A DNA stretch of 64,000 nt from Comamonadaceae bacterium (GTDB taxonomy: Bacteria; Pseudomonadota; Gammaproteobacteria; Burkholderiales; Burkholderiaceae_C): contig CANBYM010000001.1 in the NCBI GenBank assembly GCA_947373605.1, positions 26,191-90,190 of the forward strand, in the 5' to 3' direction. The translations under genes and the position numbers were made by a program. Of this stretch, positions 1 to 9,720 are shown piece after piece. Within the stretch, counting starts at the first letter, position 1, and the number at the start of each line of letters is the position of its first letter. The notes under the pieces were generated by a model. That model worked only from the letters and a program-made list of their open reading frames with translations, was not told the DNA's origin and did no database searches.

Positions 1-22
1 GATGCGCGCCAAGGTAATCTGA
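1..22 (+). CDS. kdsD: 3' end of arabinose-5-phosphate isomerase (partial)
   Basis: Frame from base 2 reads MRAKVI* (KdsD-like C-terminus); its TGA overlaps the kdsC ATG; kdsD-kdsC-lptC is the usual order. Confidence 0.65.
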
Positions 23-564
23 TGCAACCCGCTATTCATTTCGCCCCGGAACTGCTGCTCAAAGCACAAGACATTAAGGTAGTGTTTTTTGATGTTGACG
101 GCGTACTTACCGATGGTGGCCTTCTGATTTCCGAGGCGGGTGAAACGATCAAGCGATTCAACACGCTCGACGGCCATGGTCTTAAGTTGCTGCAAAAGGC
201 CGGCATTACGCCCGCAGTCATTACCGGGCGCGACTCCGCTCCGTTGCGGGCGCGTCTGGCAGCGCTGGGCATCACACACACCCACTTCGGGACCGAAGAC
301 AAGCGCCCCGCGGCGGAAAAAACACTAACTGAATTGGGTCTCACTTGGGCACAGGCCGCCGCCATGGGCGATGACTGGCCTGATCTGCCGGTGATGCGAC
401 GCACTGCTTTTGCATGTGCTCCCGCCAATGCGCACGTAGAAGCCCGTGCTATGGCGCACTACACCACACTTGCACGCGGTGGCGATGGCGCTGTGCGCGA
501 ACTTTGCGACTTGTTGCTGGTAGCAAACGGGCGTTACGCGCAGTTGTTAGGCGCGTATGCATAA
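22..564 (+). CDS. kdsC: KDO 8-phosphate phosphatase (HAD family)
   Basis: FDVDGVLTDG, ITGR and GDDWPD motifs; lies upstream of lptC. Confidence 0.95.
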   Translation: MQPAIHFAPELLLKAQDIKVVFFDVDGVLTDGGLLISEAGETIKRFNTLDGHGLKLLQKAGITPAVITGRDSAPLRARLAALGITHTHFGTEDKRPAAEKTLTELGLTWAQAAAMGDDWPDLPVMRRTAFACAPANAHVEARAMAHYTTLARGGDGAVRELCDLLLVANGRYAQLLGAYA

Positions 565-576
565 AGGACTGGCCCC

Positions 577-1215
577 ATGAAATTCCGCTTGCGCGAAACC
601 TGGGACCGGTTTCTTTTGTACGTGCCCATGTTTTGCATGGCCGTATTGGCCTTGGGCACGTATTGGATGGTGCGCACAACGCCACCGCCGGGCGCACCTC
701 AGGCCAAAGCGGTCGAGCGCCACGACCCCGACTACTTCATGGAAGGCTTTACGCTCAAATCGTTTGATGCGAAGGGGCGTATGCGAAGTGAGGTTATGGG
801 CGACAAGGCGCGTCACTACGCGGACAACGCTTGGACCGAGATTGATCGGGTTCGTTTTCGGTCGATTGATGAAAAAGGACGGCTGACAACGGCCACTGCT
901 AATAGTGGCTTGTCTAACGAAGATGGCTCTGAAGTGCAGTTGATCGGCAATGCCATTGTGGTGCGCGAAGCAGAAGTTGCCAGTGCAGCGAATAGTGCCA
1001 AGGGAATCCTGCCGGCGCCCCGCATGGAATACCGAAGTGAATTTTTGCATGCGTTTATGACAACCGAGCGCTTGAAATCCCACAAGCCGGTCATACTCAC
1101 GCGCGGTATCGACCGGTTTACGGCGGACGCATTGGACTTTGACAATATCGACCAAGTGCTGACCTTGCATGGTCGGGTGCGTGGAACCCTGACTCCGGCT
1201 AAACAATCTCCCTGA
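577..1215 (+). CDS. lptC: LPS export periplasmic protein LptC
   Basis: N-terminal TM anchor, HDPDYFMEGF motif, beta-rich domain; follows kdsC. Confidence 0.9.
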   Translation: MKFRLRETWDRFLLYVPMFCMAVLALGTYWMVRTTPPPGAPQAKAVERHDPDYFMEGFTLKSFDAKGRMRSEVMGDKARHYADNAWTEIDRVRFRSIDEKGRLTTATANSGLSNEDGSEVQLIGNAIVVREAEVASAANSAKGILPAPRMEYRSEFLHAFMTTERLKSHKPVILTRGIDRFTADALDFDNIDQVLTLHGRVRGTLTPAKQSP

Positions 1216-1228
1216 GAAAGTTCGTCCT

Positions 1229-2002
1229 ATGGCATTGGTATTTATCACCGGCGCCTCCAGCGGTATCGGACAGGCCCTAGCGTTACGTTTTTATCAAGCC
1301 GGCTTTGATCTTGCGCTGGTGGCACGGCGTTCAGACATCGTGCAGGCTTGGGCGCAGGCCCACAGCATTGCGCCGGCAAGATACCGTGTTTACATGGCGG
1401 ACGTCTCTGACACGGACAGTATCGTGAAAGTCGGCGTGCAATGCATCGCTGATCAGGGACTGGCGGACGTGGTGATTGCCAATGCCGGTATCAGCATCGG
1501 CATGGATTCCGGTGTGCGCGCTGACATCGATGTGATGCAAGCCGTGTTGGCTACCAACAATATCGGCTTGGCGGCGACCTTTCACCCTTTTATTCAGGCT
1601 ATGACGCAACGTGGCAGTGGGACATTGGTGGGAATTGGCAGTGTGGCAGCTATCCGTGGAATTCCGGGGCATGGTGCTTATTGCGCCAGCAAAGCCGCCG
1701 TCATCGCCTATTGCGAGAGCCTGCGTGGGGAAATGCGGCCGTCCGGGGTTAAAGTGGTGACGATTTGTCCAGGCTATATTGATACGCCGCTGACACAGCA
1801 AAACCGCTACTCCATGCCATTTTTAATGCAACCGCAGACCTTTGCCGATCAGGCCTTTCGCTCCATCACGAGGGGCGACAGTTATCGGGTCATACCGTGG
1901 CAGATGGCTTGGGTAGCCAAGCTGTTGCGCCTGTTACCGAACTCGTTGTTTGACAAAGCCTTCGCCGGGCGGCCTCGGAAAAAGCGTTCCGGCGAAGATT
2001 GA
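1229..2002 (+). CDS. SDR family oxidoreductase
   Basis: TGASSGIG, NAG and YCASK (YxxxK) motifs. Confidence 0.93.
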   Translation: MALVFITGASSGIGQALALRFYQAGFDLALVARRSDIVQAWAQAHSIAPARYRVYMADVSDTDSIVKVGVQCIADQGLADVVIANAGISIGMDSGVRADIDVMQAVLATNNIGLAATFHPFIQAMTQRGSGTLVGIGSVAAIRGIPGHGAYCASKAAVIAYCESLRGEMRPSGVKVVTICPGYIDTPLTQQNRYSMPFLMQPQTFADQAFRSITRGDSYRVIPWQMAWVAKLLRLLPNSLFDKAFAGRPRKKRSGED

Positions 2003-2016
2003 AATCAACAGGCAAC

Positions 2017-2042
2017 AAAAAAGGACCCGAAGGTCCTTTTTT
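2017..2042. terminator. Bidirectional intrinsic terminator
   Basis: AAAAAAGGACC-CGAA-GGTCCTTTTTT between convergent genes. Confidence 0.9.
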
Positions 2043-2056
2043 AGTTGTAGCGTAGC

Positions 2057-2491
2057 TTAGTAGCTGGAGCCACGGCCACCGCCGTAACCACCACCACCGC
2101 CGCCGCCGGAGCGTCCGCCGCCACCGCCGCCGCCGTAACCACCGCCGCCGCCGCCGCCGGAGCGTCCGCCGCCACCGCCGCCGTAACCACCACCACCACC
2201 GCCAGCGCCGCCGCCGAAGCCGCCAGAGCGGGGAGGACGTGGCTCCATGGGACGGGCTTCGTTCACCACGAGACCGCGGCCACCGAATTGTTGGCCATTT
2301 ACACCGTTGATTGCGGCTTGTGCCTCAGCGTCGCTGCCCATTTCCACAAAGCCGAAGCCCTTGGAACGGCCAGTGTCACGTTCCATCATGACTTTGGCGC
2401 TGGTAACGGTACCGTGCGGAGCAAAGGTTTGCTGCAGGTCTTCGTCACGGAAAGAATAAGGCAGATTGCCTACGTAAAGTTTGTTGCCCAT
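2057..2491 (-). CDS. RRM RNA-binding protein with glycine-rich tail
   Basis: RNP2 LYVGNL, RNP1 KGFGFVEM, GGYGGGGGGRS repeats; start placed at MGNKLY behind a GAGGAG RBS. Confidence 0.95.
   Translation of the reverse strand: MGNKLYVGNLPYSFRDEDLQQTFAPHGTVTSAKVMMERDTGRSKGFGFVEMGSDAEAQAAINGVNGQQFGGRGLVVNEARPMEPRPPRSGGFGGGAGGGGGGYGGGGGGRSGGGGGGGYGGGGGGGRSGGGGGGGYGGGRGSSY
2070..2225 (-). repeat. Low-complexity GGC/GGT codon repeats encoding the Gly-rich tail
   Basis: Recurring ccgccg, gccggagcgtccgccgccaccgccg and ccgtaaccacc units inside the RRM gene. Confidence 0.8.
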
Positions 2492-2690
2492 GTAAGGACT
2501 CCTCAAAATAACTCAAAACGCGATGGAGTCCATACCCGCAATCAACAAACCATTAAAGACTTAAAGCAGACGCGAAACTGACTAAACACCGCAAACCCGC
2601 ACGCCTATTCACAGGCAATGCAAATTCATTATGCGCTAGTTCGCAAAACATTGCTAATTTTTTTTTGCCGAGCCTGCAGTTATGGCAAAT

Positions 2691-2888
2691 CTAGTCCGAA
2701 TTGGTGTAGTTGCGCCACTGTTTGATGCCGTTTCGCATGGACAGGACCTGACGCTCAAATCGTGGACAGGCTTCGCAGATTCGTAAATGGATGCGCAATG
2801 CCAGCCGTTCGCCCAAGCGCAAAGTACGGTCTTCCCGCGCAATCAGCAGGGCGGCGACTTCTTTACAGGTTCGGGTCAACAGTGTCAT
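2691..2888 (-). CDS. Small zinc-finger (zf-HC2) anti-sigma factor
   Basis: TCKE...HLRICEAC (HxxxCxxC); ATG at 2888 overlaps the sigma stop (ATGA). Confidence 0.88.
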   Translation of the reverse strand: MTLLTRTCKEVAALLIAREDRTLRLGERLALRIHLRICEACPRFERQVLSMRNGIKQWRNYTNSD

Positions 2889-3466
2889 GGTGCGATTGCC
2901 TTGGAGTACCAGTTTATTTCCAGACACTCCCTTAGCCGCAGTCTGGCGCGATGCAGTTGAACGTACAAGTTGGTCGGCGTCAAACCCAATTCCTTGCAAA
3001 TTTCTTCGCTGGACAACTCCAGCCATTCCCGCATCAGAAATAGGCGGCCCTGTGTAGCTGGCAGTTTGTCAGCACAAATCTCCAGAATCTCGAAAAATTG
3101 CTTACTGTCCAGGTTCTGTTCCGGGTTGCCCCAGTCGGCGGGAACCTGTTCAAAATGTCCGTCGGTTTTGAAGGCCATGAGTTCCAACGGGTCGGTCGCG
3201 TCATCCTCACTAGTTTCAAGTCCGCTGATTTCGCGTCCATGGTGGCGCAGCGCGTCCACCACCTTGTGTTTCAGGATTCCAACTAGCCACGTTTTGAGTT
3301 GCGAACGGTTTTCAAAGGATTGTGGCTTAGCAAGCGCTGCAAGCAGCACTTCGGATACCGCATCTTCAGCCCATACTTCGTTGCGCAACTGCAGTCTTGC
3401 AAATTTGAGAAGGTAGCTACGCAGATCTACGATTTGTTGCTCGAAGCTGGTCATTGCAATGGTCAC
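2885..3466 (-). CDS. ECF RNA polymerase sigma factor
   Basis: Region 2 AEDAVSE...KTWLVGILKHK and region 4 EEICKELG...LHRARLRLR; true start may be 3454. Confidence 0.93.
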   Translation of the reverse strand: MTIAMTSFEQQIVDLRSYLLKFARLQLRNEVWAEDAVSEVLLAALAKPQSFENRSQLKTWLVGILKHKVVDALRHHGREISGLETSEDDATDPLELMAFKTDGHFEQVPADWGNPEQNLDSKQFFEILEICADKLPATQGRLFLMREWLELSSEEICKELGLTPTNLYVQLHRARLRLRECLEINWYSKAIAP

Positions 3467-3545
3467 ATTGGGAGAACGTTCAAGTTTAAGCGGCTATCTG
3501 GGAAATGAAATTAGCGTCGTCGTACACGCCTTGCTAGAATTGGCC

Positions 3546-3599
3546 CAGCGCCAATTTGCTCCAGCTTGCGGGCGCTTTACAAATGCAGCTAAAGACGGA
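3546..3599 (+). ncRNA. SAM-II riboswitch
   Basis: AGCGCC-AATTT...TTGC-G-GGCGCT-TTAC-AAATGCAGCTAAA fits the SAM-II H-type pseudoknot pattern; upstream of metX. Confidence 0.88.
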
Positions 3600-3611
3600 C
3601 CGTACCTTTGG

Positions 3612-3644
3612 ACCCGGCCTCGTTTTATGCGGCGCCGGGTTTTA
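3612..3644 (+). terminator. Hairpin plus T-tract in the metX leader (possible riboswitch expression platform)
   Basis: ACCCGGC...GCCGGGT followed by TTTA. Confidence 0.55.
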
Positions 3645-3662
3645 TCGTTATAGGGGTTTGAG

Positions 3663-4832
3663 TTGATCGTTACCGCGCAATCCATGCACTTTGATGCACC
3701 GCTGCCATTGCAAAGCGGCGCGCTCATTCGCGACTATGCGCTGAGTTATGAGACCTATGGCGCGTTGAATGCGGATAAATCAAATGCCGTGCTGGTGTGC
3801 CATGCGCTCAATGCCTCACACCATGTCGCAGGTACCTATGCAGGAACCGCGAAATCCGAGGGTTGGTGGGACAACATGATCGGCCCCGGCAAACCGCTGG
3901 ATACAAACCGCTTTTTTGTCATCGGCGTCAACAACCTGGGATCCTGTTTTGGCTCCACCGGCCCTATGCACACCAACCCGGATACCGGTAAGGTCTACGG
4001 TGCCGACTTCCCGGTGGTCACAGTAGAAGACTGGGTCAACGCCCAAGCCCGTTTGCTCGATGTTCTGGGTATTCACAAACTGGCCGTCGTGATGGGTGGC
4101 TCACTGGGGGGCATGCAGGCATTAAGTTGGGCTTTGCAATACCCAGAGCGGGTTTCGCATGCGGTGGTGATTGCCAGTGCCCCCAATCTGACAGCAGAAA
4201 ACATTGCTTTTAACGAAGTTGCACGCCGTGCGATCGTGACCGATCCCGATTTTTTCGGCGGCAATTTTTATGACCAAGGCGTCGTCCCCAAACGGGGTTT
4301 GCGCATCGCCCGCATGATCGGCCATATCACCTATTTGAGTGACGACGTCATGAACGAGAAGTTCGGGCGCCAGTTGCGTGCTGCGGCTCAGTCACTTGAA
4401 GGTAGTGCGCTCGAAGGTAACACGGCTCAAGCGGCGCAGTACCTCTACAGCACTCAGGACGTGGAGTTTCAGATTGAAAGTTACCTGCGCTACCAGGGTG
4501 ACAAGTTCGCAGAATACTTTGATGCCAACACTTATTTGCTGATTACCCGCGCTTTGGACTACTTTGATCCTGCCCGTGCTTTTGGTGCGGACCTGAGCCG
4601 GGCGCTGGAGCGCGCAAGCTGCAAGTTTTTGCTGGTGAGCTTTACCACCGACTGGCGTTTTTCACCCAAGCGTAGCCGTGAGCTGGTGAAGGCCCTGCTC
4701 GATAACAAGCGAAGGGTGAGCTACGCGGAAATTGATGCTCCCCATGGCCACGATGCATTTTTGCTTGACGATGCGCGCTATCACAACGTAGTGCGTTCCT
4801 ACTTTGACAACGTGGCGAAGGAGCTGGCATGA
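3663..4832 (+). CDS. metX: Homoserine O-acyltransferase, MetX family
   Basis: [13 protein letters not shown] nucleophile elbow, HGHDAFLL; TTG start; SAM-II riboswitch upstream. Confidence 0.96.
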   Translation: MIVTAQSMHFDAPLPLQSGALIRDYALSYETYGALNADKSNAVLVCHALNASHHVAGTYAGTAKSEGWWDNMIGPGKPLDTNRFFVIGVNNLGSCFGSTGPMHTNPDTGKVYGADFPVVTVEDWVNAQARLLDVLGIHKLAVVMGGSLGGMQALSWALQYPERVSHAVVIASAPNLTAENIAFNEVARRAIVTDPDFFGGNFYDQGVVPKRGLRIARMIGHITYLSDDVMNEKFGRQLRAAAQSLEGSALEGNTAQAAQYLYSTQDVEFQIESYLRYQGDKFAEYFDANTYLLITRALDYFDPARAFGADLSRALERASCKFLLVSFTTDWRFSPKRSRELVKALLDNKRRVSYAEIDAPHGHDAFLLDDARYHNVVRSYFDNVAKELA

Positions 4833-5410
4833 GCGACGCAGTCATTCAACATGCTATCGCGGAGCTGGTGCCCAAGGGCGCGCGTGTGCTGGACCTGGGT
4901 TGTGGCGACGGCGCTATGCTCGATTATTTGCAACGCACCCGGAACTGCACCGGCTATGGAGTCGAAATTGACGATGCCAATGTGTTGGCTTGCGTGCGCC
5001 GGGGTGTGGACGTGATTCAGCTCAATTTGGATGAGGGACTGGCAATTTTTGAAGATGCCTCGTTTGACGTCGTATTGCAAATAGACACACTGCAGCATTT
5101 GCGCAATGCCGAGACTATGTTGCGCGAGACTGCCCGGGTGGGGCGTGTGGGAATAGTCGCCTTTCCGAATTTTGCGCATTGGCAAAACCGCTGGAGTGTT
5201 CTGAACGGGCGTATGCCGGTCACCAAGCGCCTGCCCTATCAGTGGTACGACACGCCCAATATACGCGTCGGAACCCATGCAGATCTGGCCAATCTGGCCG
5301 CGCGCAATGGATTGCGGGTACTTGATAGTTTTGGGCTCCAAGAGGGACGCACTGTGCGCTTTGCCCCGAATCTGCTGGCTGGAACCTCGGTTTATAAGCT
5401 GGCACGATAG
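4829..5410 (+). CDS. metW: Methionine biosynthesis protein MetW
   Basis: VLDLGCGDG and WYDTPNIR motifs; ATGA overlap with metX. Confidence 0.95.
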   Translation: MSDAVIQHAIAELVPKGARVLDLGCGDGAMLDYLQRTRNCTGYGVEIDDANVLACVRRGVDVIQLNLDEGLAIFEDASFDVVLQIDTLQHLRNAETMLRETARVGRVGIVAFPNFAHWQNRWSVLNGRMPVTKRLPYQWYDTPNIRVGTHADLANLAARNGLRVLDSFGLQEGRTVRFAPNLLAGTSVYKLAR

Positions 5411-5500
5411 TTTGCTTTGGCGTGCACTCTGAGTCAGACATAAGCGCTCGTACCGTGGCATGATGGTGGAACTCATTCAATCCACCGCAGGTCCGATCCT

Positions 5501-6958
5501 ATGAACGCCAGAGTTCCCGCCGCCGCCCTGAACGCCGCCCAGGCGCTCAGTGAAGTCTCCGCCGCTTGGGACACCAAGATAATCCCGCAGCTGCAGGATT
5601 ACATCCGCATACCTGCCAAGTCACCCATGTTTGATGTTGATTGGCAGGCCCACGGGTATCTGGACACGGTGGTGCGCAACACCGCCGTCTGGATCGAGTC
5701 TCAAAAGGTGGCCGGACTGAAGCTCGAAGTGTTGCGCCTCGATGGCCGCACGCCAGTGCTTTTCTTTGAAGTGCCAGCCACGAATTCATCGCGGCAAACC
5801 GTGCTCATGTACGGTCACTTGGACAAGCAGCCGGAGTTTTCCGGCTGGCGCAATGACCTTGGCCCCTGGACGCCTGTAATGCAGGAGGGCAAGTTGTTTG
5901 GTCGTGGCGGTGCAGACGACGGCTATGCCGCTTATGCAGCGATTACAGCCCTTCAGGCGCTCAAGACTCAAAACATTGCCCATCCCAAAATCATGGGTCT
6001 GATCGAGACTGCCGAAGAAAGCGGTTCATTTGACTTGTTACCCTACGTTGACGCCCTCAAGGCCCGGCTGGGCGACGTTGGGCTGGTTGTGTGCCTGGAC
6101 TCCGGTGCCGGCAATTACGACCAGCTTTGGTTGACCAATAGCCTGCGTGGCATGGTCAGCGGTGTGCTCAAGGTGGAAATATTGACCGAAGGCGTTCACA
6201 GTGGTGACGCCAGCGGCCTGGTTCCATCGAGCTTTCGCATCATGCGCCAGGTGCTAGACCGGCTGGAGGACAGTGCAACCGGGCGCATGTTGCCGGCCAG
6301 CTTTCATTGTGAGGTGCCCGCAGAGCGATTGAAGCAGGCGCAAGCATCTGCCACCATTCTGGGAGCCGAGATTTACAAGCGCTTCCCGTGGGCCCATTAC
6401 GACTGCGAAGGCTCCACCGCCTTCGCCTTGCCCACGACTACCGACCCTTTGCAGGCACTGCTCAACCGCACCTGGACACCGACCTTGAGCGTGACGGGTG
6501 CAGACGGATTCCCCAGTTTGGGTGATGCAGGCAATGTGCTGCGCCCTTACACCGCTTTCAAGCTTTCGCTGCGCCTGCCACCGCTGGTGGAAGCTGACAA
6601 GGCCGTGCAGGAACTGAAAGCCTTGCTCGAAGACAACGCGCCCTATCAGGCCCGTGTAACCTTTGAGCGTGGCTCGAGTGCTACCGGCTGGAATGCCCCT
6701 GACACGGCGCCGTGGTTTGAATCGGCGCTTGATGCAGCCTCGCAAACCCACTTTGGCGCACCCTGTGGCTACATCGGACAGGGCGGTACCATTCCATTGA
6801 TGAATATGCTCTCCAAGGGCTTTCCCAAAGCACAAATGATGGTGTGCGGCGTATTGGGGCCCAAAAGTAATGCGCACGGACCTAATGAATTCTTGCACGT
6901 GCCGTATGCCAAAAAACTAACGGCTGCCGTGGCAGAGGTAATCTCCCGAATTCCATGA
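5501..6958 (+). CDS. M20 family metallopeptidase (dipeptidase-like)
   Basis: YGHLDKQP, GRGGADD, EESGS and NAHGPNE motifs. Confidence 0.92.
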   Translation: MNARVPAAALNAAQALSEVSAAWDTKIIPQLQDYIRIPAKSPMFDVDWQAHGYLDTVVRNTAVWIESQKVAGLKLEVLRLDGRTPVLFFEVPATNSSRQTVLMYGHLDKQPEFSGWRNDLGPWTPVMQEGKLFGRGGADDGYAAYAAITALQALKTQNIAHPKIMGLIETAEESGSFDLLPYVDALKARLGDVGLVVCLDSGAGNYDQLWLTNSLRGMVSGVLKVEILTEGVHSGDASGLVPSSFRIMRQVLDRLEDSATGRMLPASFHCEVPAERLKQAQASATILGAEIYKRFPWAHYDCEGSTAFALPTTTDPLQALLNRTWTPTLSVTGADGFPSLGDAGNVLRPYTAFKLSLRLPPLVEADKAVQELKALLEDNAPYQARVTFERGSSATGWNAPDTAPWFESALDAASQTHFGAPCGYIGQGGTIPLMNMLSKGFPKAQMMVCGVLGPKSNAHGPNEFLHVPYAKKLTAAVAEVISRIP

Positions 6959-7797
6959 GTGTTGATTCGCGCCTCTCCACCTATATCGCCACGGATGGTG
7001 ACAACTTGGTGGTACAGGACTGGCCTCTGGCCAGTGGAGAGCCCGTGCGCGGAGTAGTCATCATCGTCCACGGCCTGGGGGAACATGCGGGCCGCTATGA
7101 AAATGTGGCGACCAAACTCAACGAATGGGGCTTTTTTGTTCGTGGCTATGACCAGTGCGGCCATGGGCAATCCAACGGTGTTGCGGGAAGCCTGCCCAGT
7201 AAAAACAGGCTTCTTGAAGACTTGGCCGACATGGTCGATGATTTGCGCGCCCGTATGGAAGCGGGCTTGCCGATTATTTTGTTGGGCCATAGTATGGGCG
7301 GCCTCCTGGCTGCGCGCTTTGTATCTCTCCAACTACGCCCCGTCGAAGCGCTGGTGCTTTCTTCGCCGGCATTGGACCCGGGATTGAATTGTTTTCAAAA
7401 GTTTCTGTTGGAAATGATGCCCCGATTTTTCCCCAATATGCGGGTGAGTAACGGCGTAAAGCCGCGCTACATCTCGCATGATGCAGCTGTGGTCAAGGCG
7501 TACCGAGAAGATCCGCTGGTACACGACCGAATATCAGCGCGCCTGGCGCGATTCATTGCTGATTCCGGTGCGCTCATTTTGGATGCTGCCTCCAAATGGA
7601 CGATGCCCACCTTGCTTCTGTATGCCGGTGAAGATTACCTAGTGAACCCTGAGGGCAGCCGCCGCTTTGCAAAAGCTGCCCCGCCGGAAGTGCTAACTGT
7701 GCGGTGCTTTGATCACATGTACCACGAGATTTTCAACGAGCCTGACTCCGCCCAGGTCTTTGATGTTTTAAAAGCGTGGCTCGGCCAGCGTTTTTAG
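6955..7797 (+). CDS. Alpha/beta hydrolase, lysophospholipase/monoacylglycerol lipase-like
   Basis: HGLGEH, GHSMGG and YHEIFNE motifs; ATGA overlap with upstream gene. Confidence 0.92.
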   Translation: MSVDSRLSTYIATDGDNLVVQDWPLASGEPVRGVVIIVHGLGEHAGRYENVATKLNEWGFFVRGYDQCGHGQSNGVAGSLPSKNRLLEDLADMVDDLRARMEAGLPIILLGHSMGGLLAARFVSLQLRPVEALVLSSPALDPGLNCFQKFLLEMMPRFFPNMRVSNGVKPRYISHDAAVVKAYREDPLVHDRISARLARFIADSGALILDAASKWTMPTLLLYAGEDYLVNPEGSRRFAKAAPPEVLTVRCFDHMYHEIFNEPDSAQVFDVLKAWLGQRF

Positions 7798-8552
7798 CCT
7801 GCCAGCAAGGTCAATGCTGCGAGTGCGGCGGTCTCCGCACGCAATACGCGTGCGCCCAAAGACACCGGCGCAAAGCCTGCGGACATAGCGGCATCTTCTT
7901 CCGCGGTGCTCAAGCCACCTTCAGGCCCTGACAAGAACACGATTCCCGACGCATTGCGTCCGATGCCGGAAGTACGCGTGCGCAAAGGGATGGAGCCTTC
8001 GCGCAGTGACAACAGCATTCGCTCCTGGTTGGCATATACGCCAGTCTTGAGCCATTGTGAAAGTGTCGCCAAGGGAGACACGGTGGGCACACGGTTGCCG
8101 CCGCACTGCTCGCACGCGGCGGTGGCCACACTTTGCCAGTGCGCTACCTTTTTTTCTGCGCGCTCCCCCGAGAGGCGAAGCACACTGCGCTCCGTCATTA
8201 GCGGTGTGATGCCCGCCACTCCCAACTCGGTGGCTTTTTCAACTAGCCAGTCCATCCGGTCATTGGCAGGCATCCCCACCGCAAGGTAGACCGCGCGCTG
8301 ATTTTCGCGCTCCGTTTGCTGGTGGCTTTCTACATGCACTTGCACATGGCTGCGGCCCATTTGTGTGACAGTGGCGGTGAATTCCCCGCCCGAGACTTTG
8401 CCTGTATCGCCTGGCCAGCCCGGTCCGTTGTTAAACAAGGTGATCGTGTCTCCTGGCTGCAGACGCAGTACCTGCACATGGCGGGCCGGGCCTGCGGGCA
8501 ACTCGATGGTTTGGCCGGTTTCTAGCGCTGCAGGGCAAAAAAAGCGGGGCAT
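7794..8552 (-). CDS. rsmE: 16S rRNA m3U1498 methyltransferase
   Basis: EKATELG, GPEGG and LGARVLRAETA motifs. Confidence 0.96.
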   Translation of the reverse strand: MPRFFCPAALETGQTIELPAGPARHVQVLRLQPGDTITLFNNGPGWPGDTGKVSGGEFTATVTQMGRSHVQVHVESHQQTERENQRAVYLAVGMPANDRMDWLVEKATELGVAGITPLMTERSVLRLSGERAEKKVAHWQSVATAACEQCGGNRVPTVSPLATLSQWLKTGVYANQERMLLSLREGSIPLRTRTSGIGRNASGIVFLSGPEGGLSTAEEDAAMSAGFAPVSLGARVLRAETAALAALTLLAG

Positions 8553-8566
8553 GGCGTCCCTGTTCC

Positions 8567-9679
8567 TCAGGTGCGCCCGAAGGCAAACACATTGGGTATT
8601 TCAATGCCGTCAATTTTTTCTATCAGACGGAGTAATGGTTTGAGCTCCCGGTAGCGCTCGCAGGTACTGCGCATGTAGTGAATAAATCGTGGTGTGTCGG
8701 CCAGGTATTGCGGCTTGCCATCGCGCAAGGTGAGCCGCGCAAAAATGCCGGTCACCTTGAGGTGGCGCTGTAGGCCCATCCACTCGACGCCCCGGTAAAA
8801 CTCGCCGAAGTCATCACCCACGGGCAGGCCCGCTTTGCGCGCCTTCTCCCAATAACGGATCGTTACGTCAAGGCAGAAATCCTCTTCCCAACTGAGAAAG
8901 GCATCGCGCATCAGGCTGGCAATGTCGTAAGTGATGGGGCCGTACACCGCGTCCTGAAAATCGAGCACACCCAGCCCCTCTCGCGACACCATCAAATTGC
9001 GCGGCATAAAGTCGCGGTGCACATACACACTGGGCCAGCGCAAATTGTTTTGCAGAATGCATGCAAAGGCATCGTCCAGTACCTTGCGTTGTGCTGCATC
9101 TAACGTGAAATTGCGGTGTTGAGTGACGTACCACTGCGGGTACAGCTCCACTTCACGCAGCAGCAGGGCATGGTCATACGGTGGCAGTACATCAGCGATT
9201 GAAGCCAGTTGCCACTGCACCAGGATGTCCGTCGCCTGCAGGTACAAGTCCAGCGGCGGGGTAGTGGGATCAATAACCTGCATCATGGTTTGCGCGCCCA
9301 GGTCGCTGAGCAGCATGAAGCCGTTGGGTGCATCCCAATTCAATATTTCAGGAACCCGTATGCCGGCATCTCGCATCAGCCCGGCTACATTCACAAACGG
9401 CGCACTGTTTTCCTTGTCCGGCGGCGCATCCATAATGATCAGGCTTCTGGCAATGCCATCACTGCCAGTGGCGTTGATGCGCAGGTAGCGCCTAAAGCTC
9501 GCGTCCGCCGAAGCAGCGCGTAAGCTGGCACGTTGCAAGCCGTGTTCGGCGCTCAGGGCAGCTAACCAGTTTTCAAAGCGCGATTGGCGCTCTGCGTCGG
9601 CCCATATCACGTCCTTTGCAGGTGGAGCAGGCGCCATTTGGCCCTCGGAAGGGGCGGGGAAATTGGGGGATTGGGTCAT
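8567..9679 (-). CDS. amgK: Anomeric MurNAc/GlcNAc kinase (APH-like phosphotransferase)
   Basis: ADASFRRY, HRDFMPRNLM, LDFQDA and QRHLK motifs; divergent from lptD. Confidence 0.88.
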   Translation of the reverse strand: MTQSPNFPAPSEGQMAPAPPAKDVIWADAERQSRFENWLAALSAEHGLQRASLRAASADASFRRYLRINATGSDGIARSLIIMDAPPDKENSAPFVNVAGLMRDAGIRVPEILNWDAPNGFMLLSDLGAQTMMQVIDPTTPPLDLYLQATDILVQWQLASIADVLPPYDHALLLREVELYPQWYVTQHRNFTLDAAQRKVLDDAFACILQNNLRWPSVYVHRDFMPRNLMVSREGLGVLDFQDAVYGPITYDIASLMRDAFLSWEEDFCLDVTIRYWEKARKAGLPVGDDFGEFYRGVEWMGLQRHLKVTGIFARLTLRDGKPQYLADTPRFIHYMRSTCERYRELKPLLRLIEKIDGIEIPNVFAFGRT

Positions 9680-9720
9680 GGATAATCGATTCTACAAAGC
9701 CCTGCGATTTTCAAGCCTTC

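Noticed and set aside
2070-2225. Repeats as a CRISPR array or mobile repeat
   Set aside because: They are in-frame glycine codons of the RRM tail; no spacers or cas genes
2889-3026. Extended N-termini from the ORF track (anti-sigma 3026; also 9616, 33846, 37420, 41673, 53566, 59814)
   Set aside because: They overlap neighbouring genes; downstream ATGs have better RBS or coupling and fit family lengths
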